Source: Gemmatimonas sp. (lineage in GTDB: Bacteria > Gemmatimonadota > Gemmatimonadetes > Gemmatimonadales > Gemmatimonadaceae). Taken from it: 64,000 bases of DNA. The position numbers and the translations under genes are program-made. The stretch lies in assembly GCA_965279375.1 (NCBI GenBank), contig OZ257156.1, positions 2,912,001 to 2,976,000 on the forward strand, in the 5' to 3' direction. Shown one piece after another: positions 28,708-39,238 of this stretch (the first letter of the stretch is position 1; each line of letters starts with the position of its first letter). A model generated the notes under the pieces. That model made no database searches and had not been told where the DNA came from. It saw only the letters and a program-made list of their open reading frames with translations.

Positions 28708-31700
28708 GTGTCCATGCGCCCCTCCTGGCGATTCGTCTTCGCCGCTGCTCTGACCGCCGCGTCGTCCATTTCCGCTCAGCAGCCTGCACCACGCGCCGGT
28801 GCACGGCCCGCGCCCAAGCCGCTCCCGCTCGAGGTCGGACGCACCTTCACGCTGGATTCGCGCGAGGCCACCTGGATGTCGGTGGACGTGAGTCCCGATG
28901 GACAACGTATCGCCTTCGACATGCTCGGCGATCTGTACGTGATTCCGTTCGCGGGCGGCGAAGCGACACGATTGACCAGCGGCATGGCCTACGACGCGCA
29001 GCCGCGCTTCAGTCCGGACGGCAAGAAGATCGTCTTCATCTCCGATCGCGACGGCGCCGACAACGTGCACGTGCTGGATGTGGCGAGCAAAGAAGTCACA
29101 GCGATCACGCGTGGACGCACGAGCGTGTACTTGTCCCCCGAGTGGTCACCCGATGGGCAGTACATCGTGGCGAGCAAGGGCGGTTTTCGCGGTGGGCTGC
29201 CCAAGCTGTGGATGTACCACGCCGACGGTGGCAATGGCATGGCGCTGTACAGCGATCCGCCCAACGCGGCGCCTGGTACGGCGGTGCAGCAGGCGGGCGC
29301 GGCGTTCAGTGCGGATGGCAAGGCGATCTACTACACGCAGCGCACCGGAGCGTGGCACTACAACGCGCAGTTTCCGCAGTACCAGATCTGGGCATACAAT
29401 CGCGACAACGGCGATCGTGAGGTGCAGTCGTCGCGCTATGGATCGGCGGTGCGGCCGACGCTGAGCCCCGATGGCAAGTGGTTGGTGTACGGCTCGCGCT
29501 ACGAGGAAAAGACCGGCCTTCGCATTCGCGAATTGGCCACGGGCGACGAGCGCTGGTTGGCGTATCCGACGCAGCGCGACGAGATGGAATCGCGCGCGCC
29601 GATGGATGCACTGCCGGGCATGAGCTTCACGCCAGACTCCAAGGAGCTCATCGCGAGCTACGACAATCGGCTGTGGCGCGTGGCGGTGGACGGCAGCGGC
29701 CAGACGGAGATTCCGTTCCATGTGCAGGCGACGGTCGATGCGGGTCCCGAACTGGCGTTCACGTATCCGATCTCCGACAGCGCGCAGTTCACAGTGCGAC
29801 AGATTCGCGATGGCGTGCCGAGCCCCGATGGCAAGCAGCTCGCGTTCGTGGCGATGGAACGGCTGTACGTGATGGACTGGCCGAGTGGCACGCCGCGTCG
29901 GGTGTCATCGCTGAACGTGATCGAGGCGGAGCCAGCGTGGTCGCCCGACTCCAAGAGTTTGGCCTGGGTGACGTGGTCGGTGGATGGCGGCAAGCTGTAC
30001 AAGGCATCGTTCGCCGCGAACGGTCGAACCACGGTTGCCGCGTTGAGCAGAGGACTCGCCACGATGCGCACACCGGTATTCTCGCCGACAGGGACGCGCA
30101 TCGTGTTGACGCAGTCGCCGTCTCAGGGACGTCGTGATCAGACGGGCGTGACGGGACCCAATGAACTGGTGTGGTACCCTGCTTCGGCGACGACGGCAGA
30201 GGGGAACGCAGCAACCGTGATCGCACGCGCAGCTGGTCGCAGCAAGCCGCACTTCACTCGTGACACGTCGCGGATCTATCTGTCGTCGAATGCGAACGGC
30301 TTGGTATCGATTCGCTGGGATGGCACCGACGAGCAGCGGCACCTGCGCGTGGTGGGAGCAGCCGCGCCGTCGGGTGGCGACGATCATGATCTCTCGGAGC
30401 TGGAGTCGCCGCGTGCGCCGGAGGAGCCGGGCTCGCCGGGACCGCCAGCGACGCTGACGCTGATGTCGCCCAACGGCGACCTCGCTTTGGCGCAGCTCAA
30501 TCAAGATTTCTACACGGTGGTGGTGCCGCCGCGCGGGACGCAGGCGACGGTAAACGTGTCTGATCCGACGAATGCGCTGGTGCCGGTGCGCAAGCTGACG
30601 GACATCGGCGGACAGTTCCCGGCGTGGTCCGCGAATGGCCGTCGCGTGCACTGGTCGATCGGTAACGCGCACGTCGTGTACGATCTCGATTCGGCCGTGG
30701 CGCGTGAGGCGGCGATTGCGGCGTCGCGTCGTGACTCCACGCTGGCCGACAGTCTCCGTCCCAAGCCCTACCTGCCGACGGAACGCCGAGTGCTGGTGCA
30801 GGCGGCGCGCGACATTCCGCGGGGCACGGTGGCGCTGCGCAACGCACGGTTAATCACGATGAAGGGTGATGAGATCATCGCGCGTGGGGACATCGTGGTG
30901 AAGGACAACCGTATCGTGGCCATCGGTGCGGCAGGCAGCGTTTCGATTCCTGCTGGCGCGAAGGAGATGGACATGAACGGCATGACGGTCATGCCTGGGT
31001 TCGTGGATACGCATGCGCATCTCCGCGCGGAACGCGGCACCATTCACGAGACGCAGCCGTGGGCGTATTTGGCCAATCTCGCGTACGGCGTGACGACCAC
31101 GCGCGATCCGCAGACCGCGACAACCGATGTGTTGACCTATCAGGACATGGTGGACGCGGGGCAAATCATGGGACCGCGTGTGTACTCCACCGGCCCGGGC
31201 ATCTTCGATCAGGATCAGATCCGCGACCAGGAGCATGCGCGCAGCATGCTCAAGCGCTACAGCCAGTACTACGACACCAAGACGATCAAGATGTATGTCG
31301 CGGGCGTGCGGCAGACGCGTCAGTGGATCATCAAGGCGGCGGCGGAGCAGAAGCTCATGCCAACCACCGAAGGCTCACTCGACGTGAAGCTCAATCTCAC
31401 CGAGACGCTGGATGGCTATCCGGGACTCGAGCACTCGATGGGCATCGTGCCGTTGGGGAAAGATGTCACGAGCTTCATGGCGTGGTCGCGTCGGACGTAC
31501 ACGCCGACGTTGCTGGTGAACTACGGCGGACCGTGGGGCGAAAACTGGTTCTACACCAAGGAGAACCCGTACGCCGATCCCAAGCTGCAGCGCTTCACGG
31601 CATATGAAGAACTCGCACTCAAGACGCGTCGCCGCATGGCGACCATGCCCGGCGGTGGTACCGCGGGTGGTTGGTTCCGCGATGAGGAGTACGTGTTTCC

Positions 31701-32103
31701 CAAGCTTGCGACCGAGGCGACCAAGATTCTTCGCGCCGGTGGTCGTCTGGGCATCGGCAGCCATGGGCAGCTGCAGGGATTGGGCTACCACTGGGAGCTG
31801 TGGCTCATGGCATCCGGCGGCATGACGAATCATGAAGCGCTCAAGGTGGCGACGTCGTACGGCGCGCAGGCGATCGGCCTGCAAGGCGACGTCGGCTCGC
31901 TGGAGGTCGGCAAGCTGGCCGATCTCGTGGTGTTGAGCGCCGATCCGTTGGCGAACCTGCGCAACACCAACACGATTCGCTACGTCATGAAGAACGGGCG
32001 CTTGTACGACGGCGCTACATTGACGGAAGAGTATCCCACCAAGCGGCCGGGACCTGATGTCCCCAATCGGCCGATCGCGCCGAATGCGAAAGCGGGCCGA
32101 TGA
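28708..32103 (+). CDS. Secreted amidohydrolase with N-terminal TolB-like (PD40) beta-propellers
   Basis: Signal peptide; many P.[FW]SPDG repeats; PGFVDTHAH, GVTTTRDP, GSLEVGKLADLVVL. Confidence 0.9.
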   Translation: MSMRPSWRFVFAAALTAASSISAQQPAPRAGARPAPKPLPLEVGRTFTLDSREATWMSVDVSPDGQRIAFDMLGDLYVIPFAGGEATRLTSGMAYDAQPRFSPDGKKIVFISDRDGADNVHVLDVASKEVTAITRGRTSVYLSPEWSPDGQYIVASKGGFRGGLPKLWMYHADGGNGMALYSDPPNAAPGTAVQQAGAAFSADGKAIYYTQRTGAWHYNAQFPQYQIWAYNRDNGDREVQSSRYGSAVRPTLSPDGKWLVYGSRYEEKTGLRIRELATGDERWLAYPTQRDEMESRAPMDALPGMSFTPDSKELIASYDNRLWRVAVDGSGQTEIPFHVQATVDAGPELAFTYPISDSAQFTVRQIRDGVPSPDGKQLAFVAMERLYVMDWPSGTPRRVSSLNVIEAEPAWSPDSKSLAWVTWSVDGGKLYKASFAANGRTTVAALSRGLATMRTPVFSPTGTRIVLTQSPSQGRRDQTGVTGPNELVWYPASATTAEGNAATVIARAAGRSKPHFTRDTSRIYLSSNANGLVSIRWDGTDEQRHLRVVGAAAPSGGDDHDLSELESPRAPEEPGSPGPPATLTLMSPNGDLALAQLNQDFYTVVVPPRGTQATVNVSDPTNALVPVRKLTDIGGQFPAWSANGRRVHWSIGNAHVVYDLDSAVAREAAIAASRRDSTLADSLRPKPYLPTERRVLVQAARDIPRGTVALRNARLITMKGDEIIARGDIVVKDNRIVAIGAAGSVSIPAGAKEMDMNGMTVMPGFVDTHAHLRAERGTIHETQPWAYLANLAYGVTTTRDPQTATTDVLTYQDMVDAGQIMGPRVYSTGPGIFDQDQIRDQEHARSMLKRYSQYYDTKTIKMYVAGVRQTRQWIIKAAAEQKLMPTTEGSLDVKLNLTETLDGYPGLEHSMGIVPLGKDVTSFMAWSRRTYTPTLLVNYGGPWGENWFYTKENPYADPKLQRFTAYEELALKTRRRMATMPGGGTAGGWFRDEEYVFPKLATEATKILRAGGRLGIGSHGQLQGLGYHWELWLMASGGMTNHEALKVATSYGAQAIGLQGDVGSLEVGKLADLVVLSADPLANLRNTNTIRYVMKNGRLYDGATLTEEYPTKRPGPDVPNRPIAPNAKAGR

Positions 32104-35100
32104 TGCGTCACGCCATACCTAACCACTCCATGCACCCTTCCCGCGAATCGTCGCGATCGGTCACGCCACAGCGCCTCGCGCTGCGTTCGCTCGCGTCCAT
32201 GTTCGTCCTCGCGACGGCGGCGGTGCCTGCAGCCGCACAGTCGCCATCGGGTACGCGCCTGTTGCGCACGCCAAGCGTGAGCGCGTCGCACATCGCCTTC
32301 GCGTACGCCAACAACATCTGGGTGGCCGAACGTTCGGGCGGTGCAGCGCGACGTCTGACGAGCTTCCAGGGGCAGACGCAGTTCCCCAAGCTGTCGCCCG
32401 ACGGCCAGACGATCGCGTTCAGCGCGGAATACGGCGGCAATACCGACGTCTACACCGTACCAGTCGAGGGCGGTCAGCCGAAGCGGGTTACGTGGCATCC
32501 TTCCGCAGACTTGGTGCAGGGATGGACGCCCGACGGCAAGTCGATCGTCTTCGCGAGCACACGTGCGACGTGGGCGCCGAGTGCGGCGCCACGCTTCTGG
32601 ATGATTCCGGCAGTCGGCGGCGTGGAGGAGGCGATGCCGATGCCGCGCGCATATCAGGGCAAGCTGTCGCCGGACGGCAAGCGCATCGCGTATCGGATGC
32701 CCAGCTCGTGGGATGAAGAGCGCCGCAACTATCGCGGCGGGCAGAACCGTCCGATCTGGATTCTGGATCTGCAGACATTCGCGCTGGATACGACGCCCTT
32801 TGCCGGATCGAAGGAGATGGACCCGGCGTGGGTGGGCGACCTCGTGTACTTCCTTTCCGATCGCGATGGGGTGTCGAATGTGTGGAGCTACGACACCAAG
32901 TCGAAGAAGCTCACGCAGGCGACATCGTTCAGCGATTTCGATGTGAAGTCGCTCGACGCGGGTGCGGGCGTGGTGGTGTTCGAGCAGGCGGGATACATCC
33001 ACGAGCTCGATCCCAAGACGAACAAGTCGAAGATCGTCAGCATCACGACGGCCGGCGACTTCCCGTGGATGATGGCGCAGTGGAAGGACGTCTCGTCACG
33101 CATCAGCAACCTCTCGCTGTCGAGCACGGGCAAGCGTGCGGCGGTGGAAGCGCGCGGCGAGATCTTCACGATCCCGGCGGAGAAGGGTGACGTTCGCAAT
33201 CTCACGAACGCGGGTGGCAGTGCGGAGATTCTTCCCACGTGGTCGCCTGATGGCAGCCGCGTGGCGTACTTCAGCGACAAGAGCGGTGAGTACAAGCTGG
33301 TGATTGCGAATCAGGACGGTCTGGGCACGCCCCGTGAGATCGTGCTGCCGGAACCCAGTCGTCCGTATGCGCCCGCATGGTCGCCGAACGGCCGGAAGAT
33401 CACCTTTCAGGATTCCCACTTCCGCATCTGGCTGGTGGATGTGGCGACGGGTACGGCGAAGGTGGCGGACAACGATCCGTACTTCGCAGCGGATCGTTCG
33501 ATAGTGGCGACGTGGAGCCCGGACTCGCGTTGGCTGGCGTATCCCAAGCGGCTCAAGTCGCTCTATCGCGCGATCTTCGTCTACGATGTCGAGACCGGTA
33601 CGAAGAAGCAGATCACCGACGCGATGGCCGATGCCACCGAGCCCACGTGGGACGCGAGCGGCAAGTATCTGTGGTTTTTCGCGAGCACCAACTTCGGCCT
33701 GCACTCGTCGCTGCTGGACATGTCGGCTTACGACAAGCCGGAGACCAAGGCGCTGTACCTGACGGTGCTGAGCAACACCGAGGCGAGTCCGTTGCTTCCG
33801 GAGAGCGATGACGAACGCGCACGGAGCGACAGTGCGCGCACGACGCCGCCGGCGGCGGGCGGAGCTGTGGCGAGCGATTCATCGCGGACCGCGGCGCCGG
33901 CACTCGCGGCGGGACGTACGGTGCGCATTGATTTCGATGGTATTCAGCAGCGCGTGATGGCGGTGCCGGGTATCGCCGAGCGTGACTACTCGCTGTTGCG
34001 CGCAGGGCCGTCGGGCTCGGTGTTCTTCTGGGAGCCGATTCCGGCCACGGGCACGAACGCAGGCGGTCCCGGTGGCGCGGGCGGCACCATTCATCGCTTT
34101 CAGCTGAGTGCACGTCGCGCGCAGCCGTTCGTGATGGGCGCCGCGCAGTACGTCGTGAGCGGCGACGGGAAGAAGCTGCTCTATCGCACCGGCGGCGCGC
34201 AGGGCGGGCTCTATCTGGTGGATGCGGACAAGGCGGCGCCTGCGGCCGGCACCGGACGGTTAAACGCCACGCTTCGCGCGTACATCGATCCGCGCGACGA
34301 GTTCCGGCAGATCTTCAACGAAGGGTGGCGCAACGAGCGCAACAATCTCTACGTGCAGAACATGCACGGCAGCGATTGGCCCGCGATGAAGCAGATGTAT
34401 GAGCCGTTGCTGGCGCACGTGATGCATCGCGCGGACCTCAACTACCTGATGGACATGATGGGCGCGGAGATCGCGATCGGGCATTCGTACGTGCGCGGCG
34501 GCGATATCCCCGAGGTGCCGAACGCCAACGGCGGCCTGCTCGGTGCGGATTTCACGATCGATCAGGGGCGCTATCGTATCGCCAAGATCTATGATACCGA
34601 GACGTGGAACCCCGAACTGCGTGCGCCGCTCTCGATGCCCGGCGTTGCGGTGCGCGCGGGCGACTACGTGCTCGCGATCAACGGTGTGGAGTTGCGCGCG
34701 CCGGAGAACATGTATCGTCTGCTGGATGGAACGGCGAACCGCCAAACGGTTCTGACGATCAACTCGCGTCCTGTGATGGACGGTGCGCGTCAGATCACGG
34801 TGGTTCCCGTCGCGAACGAGCAGGGGCTGCGTACGCGGGCGTGGGTGGAGCGCAATCGTCGCATCGTGGACTCGTTGTCCGGCGGCAAGTTGGCGTATGT
34901 CTATCTGCCGAACACGGGACAGCCGGGCTACACGAGCTTCAACCGCTACTACTTCGCGCAGCAGGATCGCATTGGCGTGGTCGTCGACGAGCGCTACAAC
35001 GGCGGCGGCTCCGCGGCGGACTACATCGTCGATTTGTTGGGTCGTGACTTCGACGGCTACTTCAACAACCCCGTTGGTGAGCGCTACCCGTACACCAGCC

Positions 35101-35510
35101 CCGCGAACGGCATCTGGGGCCCGAAGGTGATGATCATCAACGAGATGGCGGGCAGCGGTGGCGACCTCATGCCGTTCATGTTCAAGCGGCGGAAGTTGGG
35201 GACGCTGGTGGGCAAGCGGACGTGGGGCGGACTCGTCGCCACGACTGACACGCCGCCGTTCGTTGACGGGGGTTCGATGATTGCGCCGCGCTTTGGCTTC
35301 TTCGATCGCAACGACAAGTTTGCGGTGGAGAACGAAGGCGTCGCACCGGACATCGACGTCGAGAACTGGCCCAAGGATGTGATCGCTGGACACGATCCGC
35401 AGCTCGAGCGTGCGGTGCAGGAAGGGCTGCGGCTGATCAACGCGAAGGCGAGCGATCGTGCAGCCAAGGAGCCGGTGGCGCCGGTGTGGGGGAAGCGGAT
35501 CAAGAAGTGA
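32100..35510 (+). CDS. Tricorn-like protease (peptidase S41: propellers, PDZ, catalytic domain)
   Basis: Signal peptide; NYRGG, EARGEI, GHSY, GLLGADF (PDZ), DERYNGGG, AGSGGD (catalytic Ser), GKRTWGG, ENEGVAPDI, DPQLE. Confidence 0.93.
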   Translation: MMRHAIPNHSMHPSRESSRSVTPQRLALRSLASMFVLATAAVPAAAQSPSGTRLLRTPSVSASHIAFAYANNIWVAERSGGAARRLTSFQGQTQFPKLSPDGQTIAFSAEYGGNTDVYTVPVEGGQPKRVTWHPSADLVQGWTPDGKSIVFASTRATWAPSAAPRFWMIPAVGGVEEAMPMPRAYQGKLSPDGKRIAYRMPSSWDEERRNYRGGQNRPIWILDLQTFALDTTPFAGSKEMDPAWVGDLVYFLSDRDGVSNVWSYDTKSKKLTQATSFSDFDVKSLDAGAGVVVFEQAGYIHELDPKTNKSKIVSITTAGDFPWMMAQWKDVSSRISNLSLSSTGKRAAVEARGEIFTIPAEKGDVRNLTNAGGSAEILPTWSPDGSRVAYFSDKSGEYKLVIANQDGLGTPREIVLPEPSRPYAPAWSPNGRKITFQDSHFRIWLVDVATGTAKVADNDPYFAADRSIVATWSPDSRWLAYPKRLKSLYRAIFVYDVETGTKKQITDAMADATEPTWDASGKYLWFFASTNFGLHSSLLDMSAYDKPETKALYLTVLSNTEASPLLPESDDERARSDSARTTPPAAGGAVASDSSRTAAPALAAGRTVRIDFDGIQQRVMAVPGIAERDYSLLRAGPSGSVFFWEPIPATGTNAGGPGGAGGTIHRFQLSARRAQPFVMGAAQYVVSGDGKKLLYRTGGAQGGLYLVDADKAAPAAGTGRLNATLRAYIDPRDEFRQIFNEGWRNERNNLYVQNMHGSDWPAMKQMYEPLLAHVMHRADLNYLMDMMGAEIAIGHSYVRGGDIPEVPNANGGLLGADFTIDQGRYRIAKIYDTETWNPELRAPLSMPGVAVRAGDYVLAINGVELRAPENMYRLLDGTANRQTVLTINSRPVMDGARQITVVPVANEQGLRTRAWVERNRRIVDSLSGGKLAYVYLPNTGQPGYTSFNRYYFAQQDRIGVVVDERYNGGGSAADYIVDLLGRDFDGYFNNPVGERYPYTSPANGIWGPKVMIINEMAGSGGDLMPFMFKRRKLGTLVGKRTWGGLVATTDTPPFVDGGSMIAPRFGFFDRNDKFAVENEGVAPDIDVENWPKDVIAGHDPQLERAVQEGLRLINAKASDRAAKEPVAPVWGKRIKK

Positions 35511-35545
35511 TGCAGCCCGCGGCGTGGCTCGTGACGCGGATGTGG

Positions 35546-35574
35546 TTGGCACTCTGACGCGTGGGCGGTAGCTT
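35546..35574 (+). promoter_or_regulatory. Putative sigma70 promoter of the CHAT operon
   Basis: TTGGCA-17nt-TAGCTT, ending 59 nt upstream of ATG 35634. Confidence 0.45.
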
Positions 35575-35633
35575 CGGCAGTTCTCCCGCCACACTGGTTT
35601 CGCTGGACTCGTCCTTCGATCCGACGTCTTCCC

Positions 35634-37847
35634 ATGCCGGCTGCTCCGCACGATCTAGACGCGTTCCGCACGCAATACCGCGCATTCATTAGCGACCTGA
35701 TGCGTGCGGTCGGGGGCGACGGCTCGTCGCCCCCGCAGTGGCTGCGCCTTCTCGAGGCGCAGCCATTTGAGTTTCCCAATGGGATTCCCGTCAATGCGGA
35801 CACCATCGCACTGCGAGGCCGTCTGCTTGCGCTGGTAGTGATGGCGGCTGATGACGATGCGTACGCGCGCGCTGCGTCGGCGGAGGTACGCCGCATGCTC
35901 TCCGTCGATGCAGATGAGGATGCGCAGTCGGAGGAAATCACCCGGGGCCCCACGCGCGGCTCTACGCGTGGGCCGACACGAGGCCCGAAGCGGAGTCGAC
36001 CGACGGCGATGGCAGAGCCACCGGACCGGCTCGACTTCGGCGCAGACGATGGCGGCGGCGGCGTGTCGAGCAAGCCTCCCACGGGTGCGTCTGCTGGCTC
36101 GGCGCCCGACGATGGACTGCTCAGCGCGGACCCGCTGGTGACGCGCAGCGTGGACTCCGACGAGGCGGCGCCTGCTGCAGCGGCGGCGCCAGCGACGCCG
36201 GCAGCACCACCCGTCGCTGCGCCGCCGCGCTACATGAATGCGGGGATCAAGGGGCAGGACCGCGACGATCCGCTGGTGGTGGGCGAGATGTACGTGCTGC
36301 AGTTCGGCGTCGATATGAAAAAGGGTGGCGAGACGGGCACCGACTTCGCCGCACGCATCCCTGACGTGAGTGTGCTGCTTCGCCCGGAGGAGGACTCGGG
36401 GGAACTCACCATTCAACTCGATGGCGACGCGTTCGACATTCCGACGCGAACGCAGGTGCTGCAAGTGCCGCGCACCGGGCCATCAGCTCGCAAGGTGAGC
36501 TTCGCGATCACGCCGACGCGTGAAGGGCGCGCGACACTGACGGCAACCGTGCACAAGGCGGGCAACTTTCTGTTCGAAATGGAGCTGTCGTACTCCGTTG
36601 GCGTGGTCGACGCGCGGCCGGCGACGACGGAGGTGCATGGACGCGCCCTCAGTGCGGCGAGCGCGATCATGCCGCGCGAGTTGGGACTTCGTATCAAGCC
36701 GGTGGAGAGCGGCTACGAATGCACCGTGTGGGGGGAGGTCAACAATCAGGTCACGTTGCCCATCACGACGGTCGAGCTCAAGGAGATGGTCGCGCGCGCG
36801 CGTGACGCGATGATGGATGTGGTGCTGCATGCGAACAGCGCGAACATCAAGATCTTCCAGCAGTCGGTGGACATCGACGATGCTTCGCGTGAGTACGCAT
36901 TGAAGACGCTCGCCTTCGCCGGTGCGGAGCTGTTTCAGCGCTTGTTCTACGGGCCTTCGGCTGGACCAGAGGTGAATCTCGTGGGCGACTGGCTGCGCGC
37001 ACGCGCCTCAAAGCCCGGACGCGTGCTCAAACTGCAGATCGTCGCGGAGCGATTCCCGATTCCGTGGGGACTGCTCTACATGGGCGAGACGGCGGACGGT
37101 GCCGCGCTCGACTGGCAGCACTTTCTTGGGATGCGGCACATCATCGAGCAGATCCCGCGTCAGGCGAACATGCTCGTCGATGACTTCGTGATTCCGAGCG
37201 ACGCCCCGTCGCTGGCGGTGAGCGTCACCGTGAATACCGGCATCGACGTGCAGATGAAGCGCGAGCTGGTCGCCCCTCAGGTGAAGTACTGGACGGATCG
37301 CGGTGCGTCACCCAAGAACGACGTGCAGCTGCAACAGCGGACCACCAAAGCCGACTTGATCAAGGCGTTGCGTTCGCAAAGCGCCGAGCAAGTGATGTAC
37401 CTGTACTGTCATGCCATCACGAGTGGCGTGAACGATCCGGGGGGCATCATGGCATCGTGTCTGGTGCTCTCCGGCGACGAACGCGTGACGCTGGGTGAAC
37501 TCAACCGCGAAGCGCCGATGCGCCAGGCGCTCCCGGGAAATCCGCTGGTGTTTCTCAATGCCTGCGAGTCTGCAGAGCTTACGCCGGAATTCTACGACGG
37601 CTTTGTGCCGTACTTCATGGCGAAGGGCGCGCGCGGCGTCGTCGGTACGGAGTGCAAGACACCGGCGCTGTTCGCCACGGCGTGGGCACAGGAGTTCTTC
37701 CCGCGCTTTCTCGCCGGTCAGCCGCTTGGCGAACTGTTTCGCGATTTGCGCAGTGAGTTTTGTCTCAAGCACGGCAATCCGCTCGGTCTTCTCTATGCCG
37801 TGTACTGTGATGGCGACACGCAGATTCAACCTGGCCTTCCTTCCTGA
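35634..37847 (+). CDS. CHAT (caspase-like) protease with disordered N-terminal region and Ig-like/TCAD7-like middle domain
   Basis: IPWGLLY, YLYCHA (His593), VFLNACES (Cys644), GARGVVGTEC, NPLGLLY. Confidence 0.85.
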   Translation: MPAAPHDLDAFRTQYRAFISDLMRAVGGDGSSPPQWLRLLEAQPFEFPNGIPVNADTIALRGRLLALVVMAADDDAYARAASAEVRRMLSVDADEDAQSEEITRGPTRGSTRGPTRGPKRSRPTAMAEPPDRLDFGADDGGGGVSSKPPTGASAGSAPDDGLLSADPLVTRSVDSDEAAPAAAAAPATPAAPPVAAPPRYMNAGIKGQDRDDPLVVGEMYVLQFGVDMKKGGETGTDFAARIPDVSVLLRPEEDSGELTIQLDGDAFDIPTRTQVLQVPRTGPSARKVSFAITPTREGRATLTATVHKAGNFLFEMELSYSVGVVDARPATTEVHGRALSAASAIMPRELGLRIKPVESGYECTVWGEVNNQVTLPITTVELKEMVARARDAMMDVVLHANSANIKIFQQSVDIDDASREYALKTLAFAGAELFQRLFYGPSAGPEVNLVGDWLRARASKPGRVLKLQIVAERFPIPWGLLYMGETADGAALDWQHFLGMRHIIEQIPRQANMLVDDFVIPSDAPSLAVSVTVNTGIDVQMKRELVAPQVKYWTDRGASPKNDVQLQQRTTKADLIKALRSQSAEQVMYLYCHAITSGVNDPGGIMASCLVLSGDERVTLGELNREAPMRQALPGNPLVFLNACESAELTPEFYDGFVPYFMAKGARGVVGTECKTPALFATAWAQEFFPRFLAGQPLGELFRDLRSEFCLKHGNPLGLLYAVYCDGDTQIQPGLPS
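35940..35987 (+). repeat. Four in-frame TRG[P/S] repeats
   Basis: ACCCGGGGCCCC ACGCGCGGCTCT ACGCGTGGGCCG ACACGAGGCCCG. Confidence 0.85.
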
Positions 37848-37857
37848 GGAATTCTGA

Positions 37858-39237
37858 ATGCCTGTACGCACTATTCCGGGCACGAATGTGCAGTACCATC
37901 TGATTAATTTCGACGCCGACGGCGTCGAGCGGGCGGAGAGCGATGGCACCATGCTGAGCGCCGAAGTTCGGGCACGCATTGCGTCGTCCACCGATCCAAT
38001 CAGCGACGTGTTCTTCTGCAGCCATGGGTGGCAGGGTGACATACCCGCCGCCATCGCGCAGTACGACAAATGGGTGGCCGCGATGGCTGCCTCGCCAGAC
38101 TTCGCGGTCGCGAAGGCCAAGCGCCCCGGCTTTTCACCGATCGTTGTCGGGGTGCACTGGCCCAGCCTGCCGTATGGCGATGAGAACCTGCCCGAAGCCG
38201 GCGTGCTCGGCGTGGATGATGGCACGCAGATCGAGGCACAGATCGATGCGTTCGCCGCGACGATTTCCAACACGAAAGCGGCACGTGATGCAATTCGCGT
38301 GATTCTGACTGCCGCGCAGCAGGATGACGGCGAGCGCGAGACGTTGCCCGAGCACGTGCGCAATGCGTACGAGCTGCTCGCGTTGGAGGCTGCACTGCCG
38401 GACGGTGGCAGCAATCCGGGTGGACCACCGGGAGAGGAGTTGGGCGCGTGGGATGCGGACGCGCTCTACGCTGATGCCCGAGAGATTGCGAAGACAGATG
38501 GCGCTTCGGATGGCGAAGGAGCGCCGGGTTTGCTGAGCGGAGGATTCTTCGGCAAGCTCAAGGGGCTGGTCGTCGCGCCGCTGCAGCAGATGTCGTTCTG
38601 GAAGATGAAGGATCGTGCGCGATCCATCGGTGAAGGCGGCGTGCACTCATTGCTCATCTCGCTGCAGGAAGCCTCCGAGCCCAGCACGCAGTTCCATCTC
38701 ATGGGGCACAGCTTTGGCTGCATCGTGATGTCGGCGACCGTCGCAGGCGCTGCGAACGGCGCGCCGCTCAAGCGGCCGGTCGATTCGCTTTTTCTGGTAC
38801 AGGGCGCGGTATCGCTGTGGTCGTACTCGCCCAACATTCCCGTCGAGCCCGGAAAGGTGGGCTACTTCAATCGCATTCTTGCGCAGAAGCTGGTGCGCGG
38901 GCCCATCGTGACGACGCAGTCGTCGCACGACACAGCCGTGGGCAAGCTCTATCCCGCAGCGGTACGCGTGAAGTCGCAGTTCCTGCTCGGCGACGAATAC
39001 CCGAAGTACGGCGGCATCGGGACGTTCGGCATTCAAGGTGTCGGCGACATCGGACAGAACCTCGAGATGTCTGACGCCACGCACCAGTATGCGTTCAAGC
39101 CGGGGCGTGTCTACAATCTCGAGTCGAGTGGGATCATCAAGGTGAGCAGCGGCCTGGCTTCCGGTGCGCACAGCGACATCGCCCATCCGGAAGTGGCGCA
39201 CGCCTTCTGGCAGGCTGTTCTCCACTCGGCCGCGTGA
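37858..39237 (+). CDS. Alpha/beta-hydrolase (lipase/esterase-like) with a large acidic insertion
   Basis: SHGW (oxyanion), VHWPS, HLMGHSFG (Ser285), SSHDTA (Asp358), GAHSDI (His438); no signal peptide; SD GAGGA. Confidence 0.85.
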   Translation: MPVRTIPGTNVQYHLINFDADGVERAESDGTMLSAEVRARIASSTDPISDVFFCSHGWQGDIPAAIAQYDKWVAAMAASPDFAVAKAKRPGFSPIVVGVHWPSLPYGDENLPEAGVLGVDDGTQIEAQIDAFAATISNTKAARDAIRVILTAAQQDDGERETLPEHVRNAYELLALEAALPDGGSNPGGPPGEELGAWDADALYADAREIAKTDGASDGEGAPGLLSGGFFGKLKGLVVAPLQQMSFWKMKDRARSIGEGGVHSLLISLQEASEPSTQFHLMGHSFGCIVMSATVAGAANGAPLKRPVDSLFLVQGAVSLWSYSPNIPVEPGKVGYFNRILAQKLVRGPIVTTQSSHDTAVGKLYPAAVRVKSQFLLGDEYPKYGGIGTFGIQGVGDIGQNLEMSDATHQYAFKPGRVYNLESSGIIKVSSGLASGAHSDIAHPEVAHAFWQAVLHSAA

Positions 39238-39238
39238 C

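Noticed and set aside
26135..28804. 889-aa ORF antisense to nrdJ
   Set aside because: Shadow ORF caused by high-GC codon bias; Arg/His-rich with no motifs, lying opposite a clearly genuine gene
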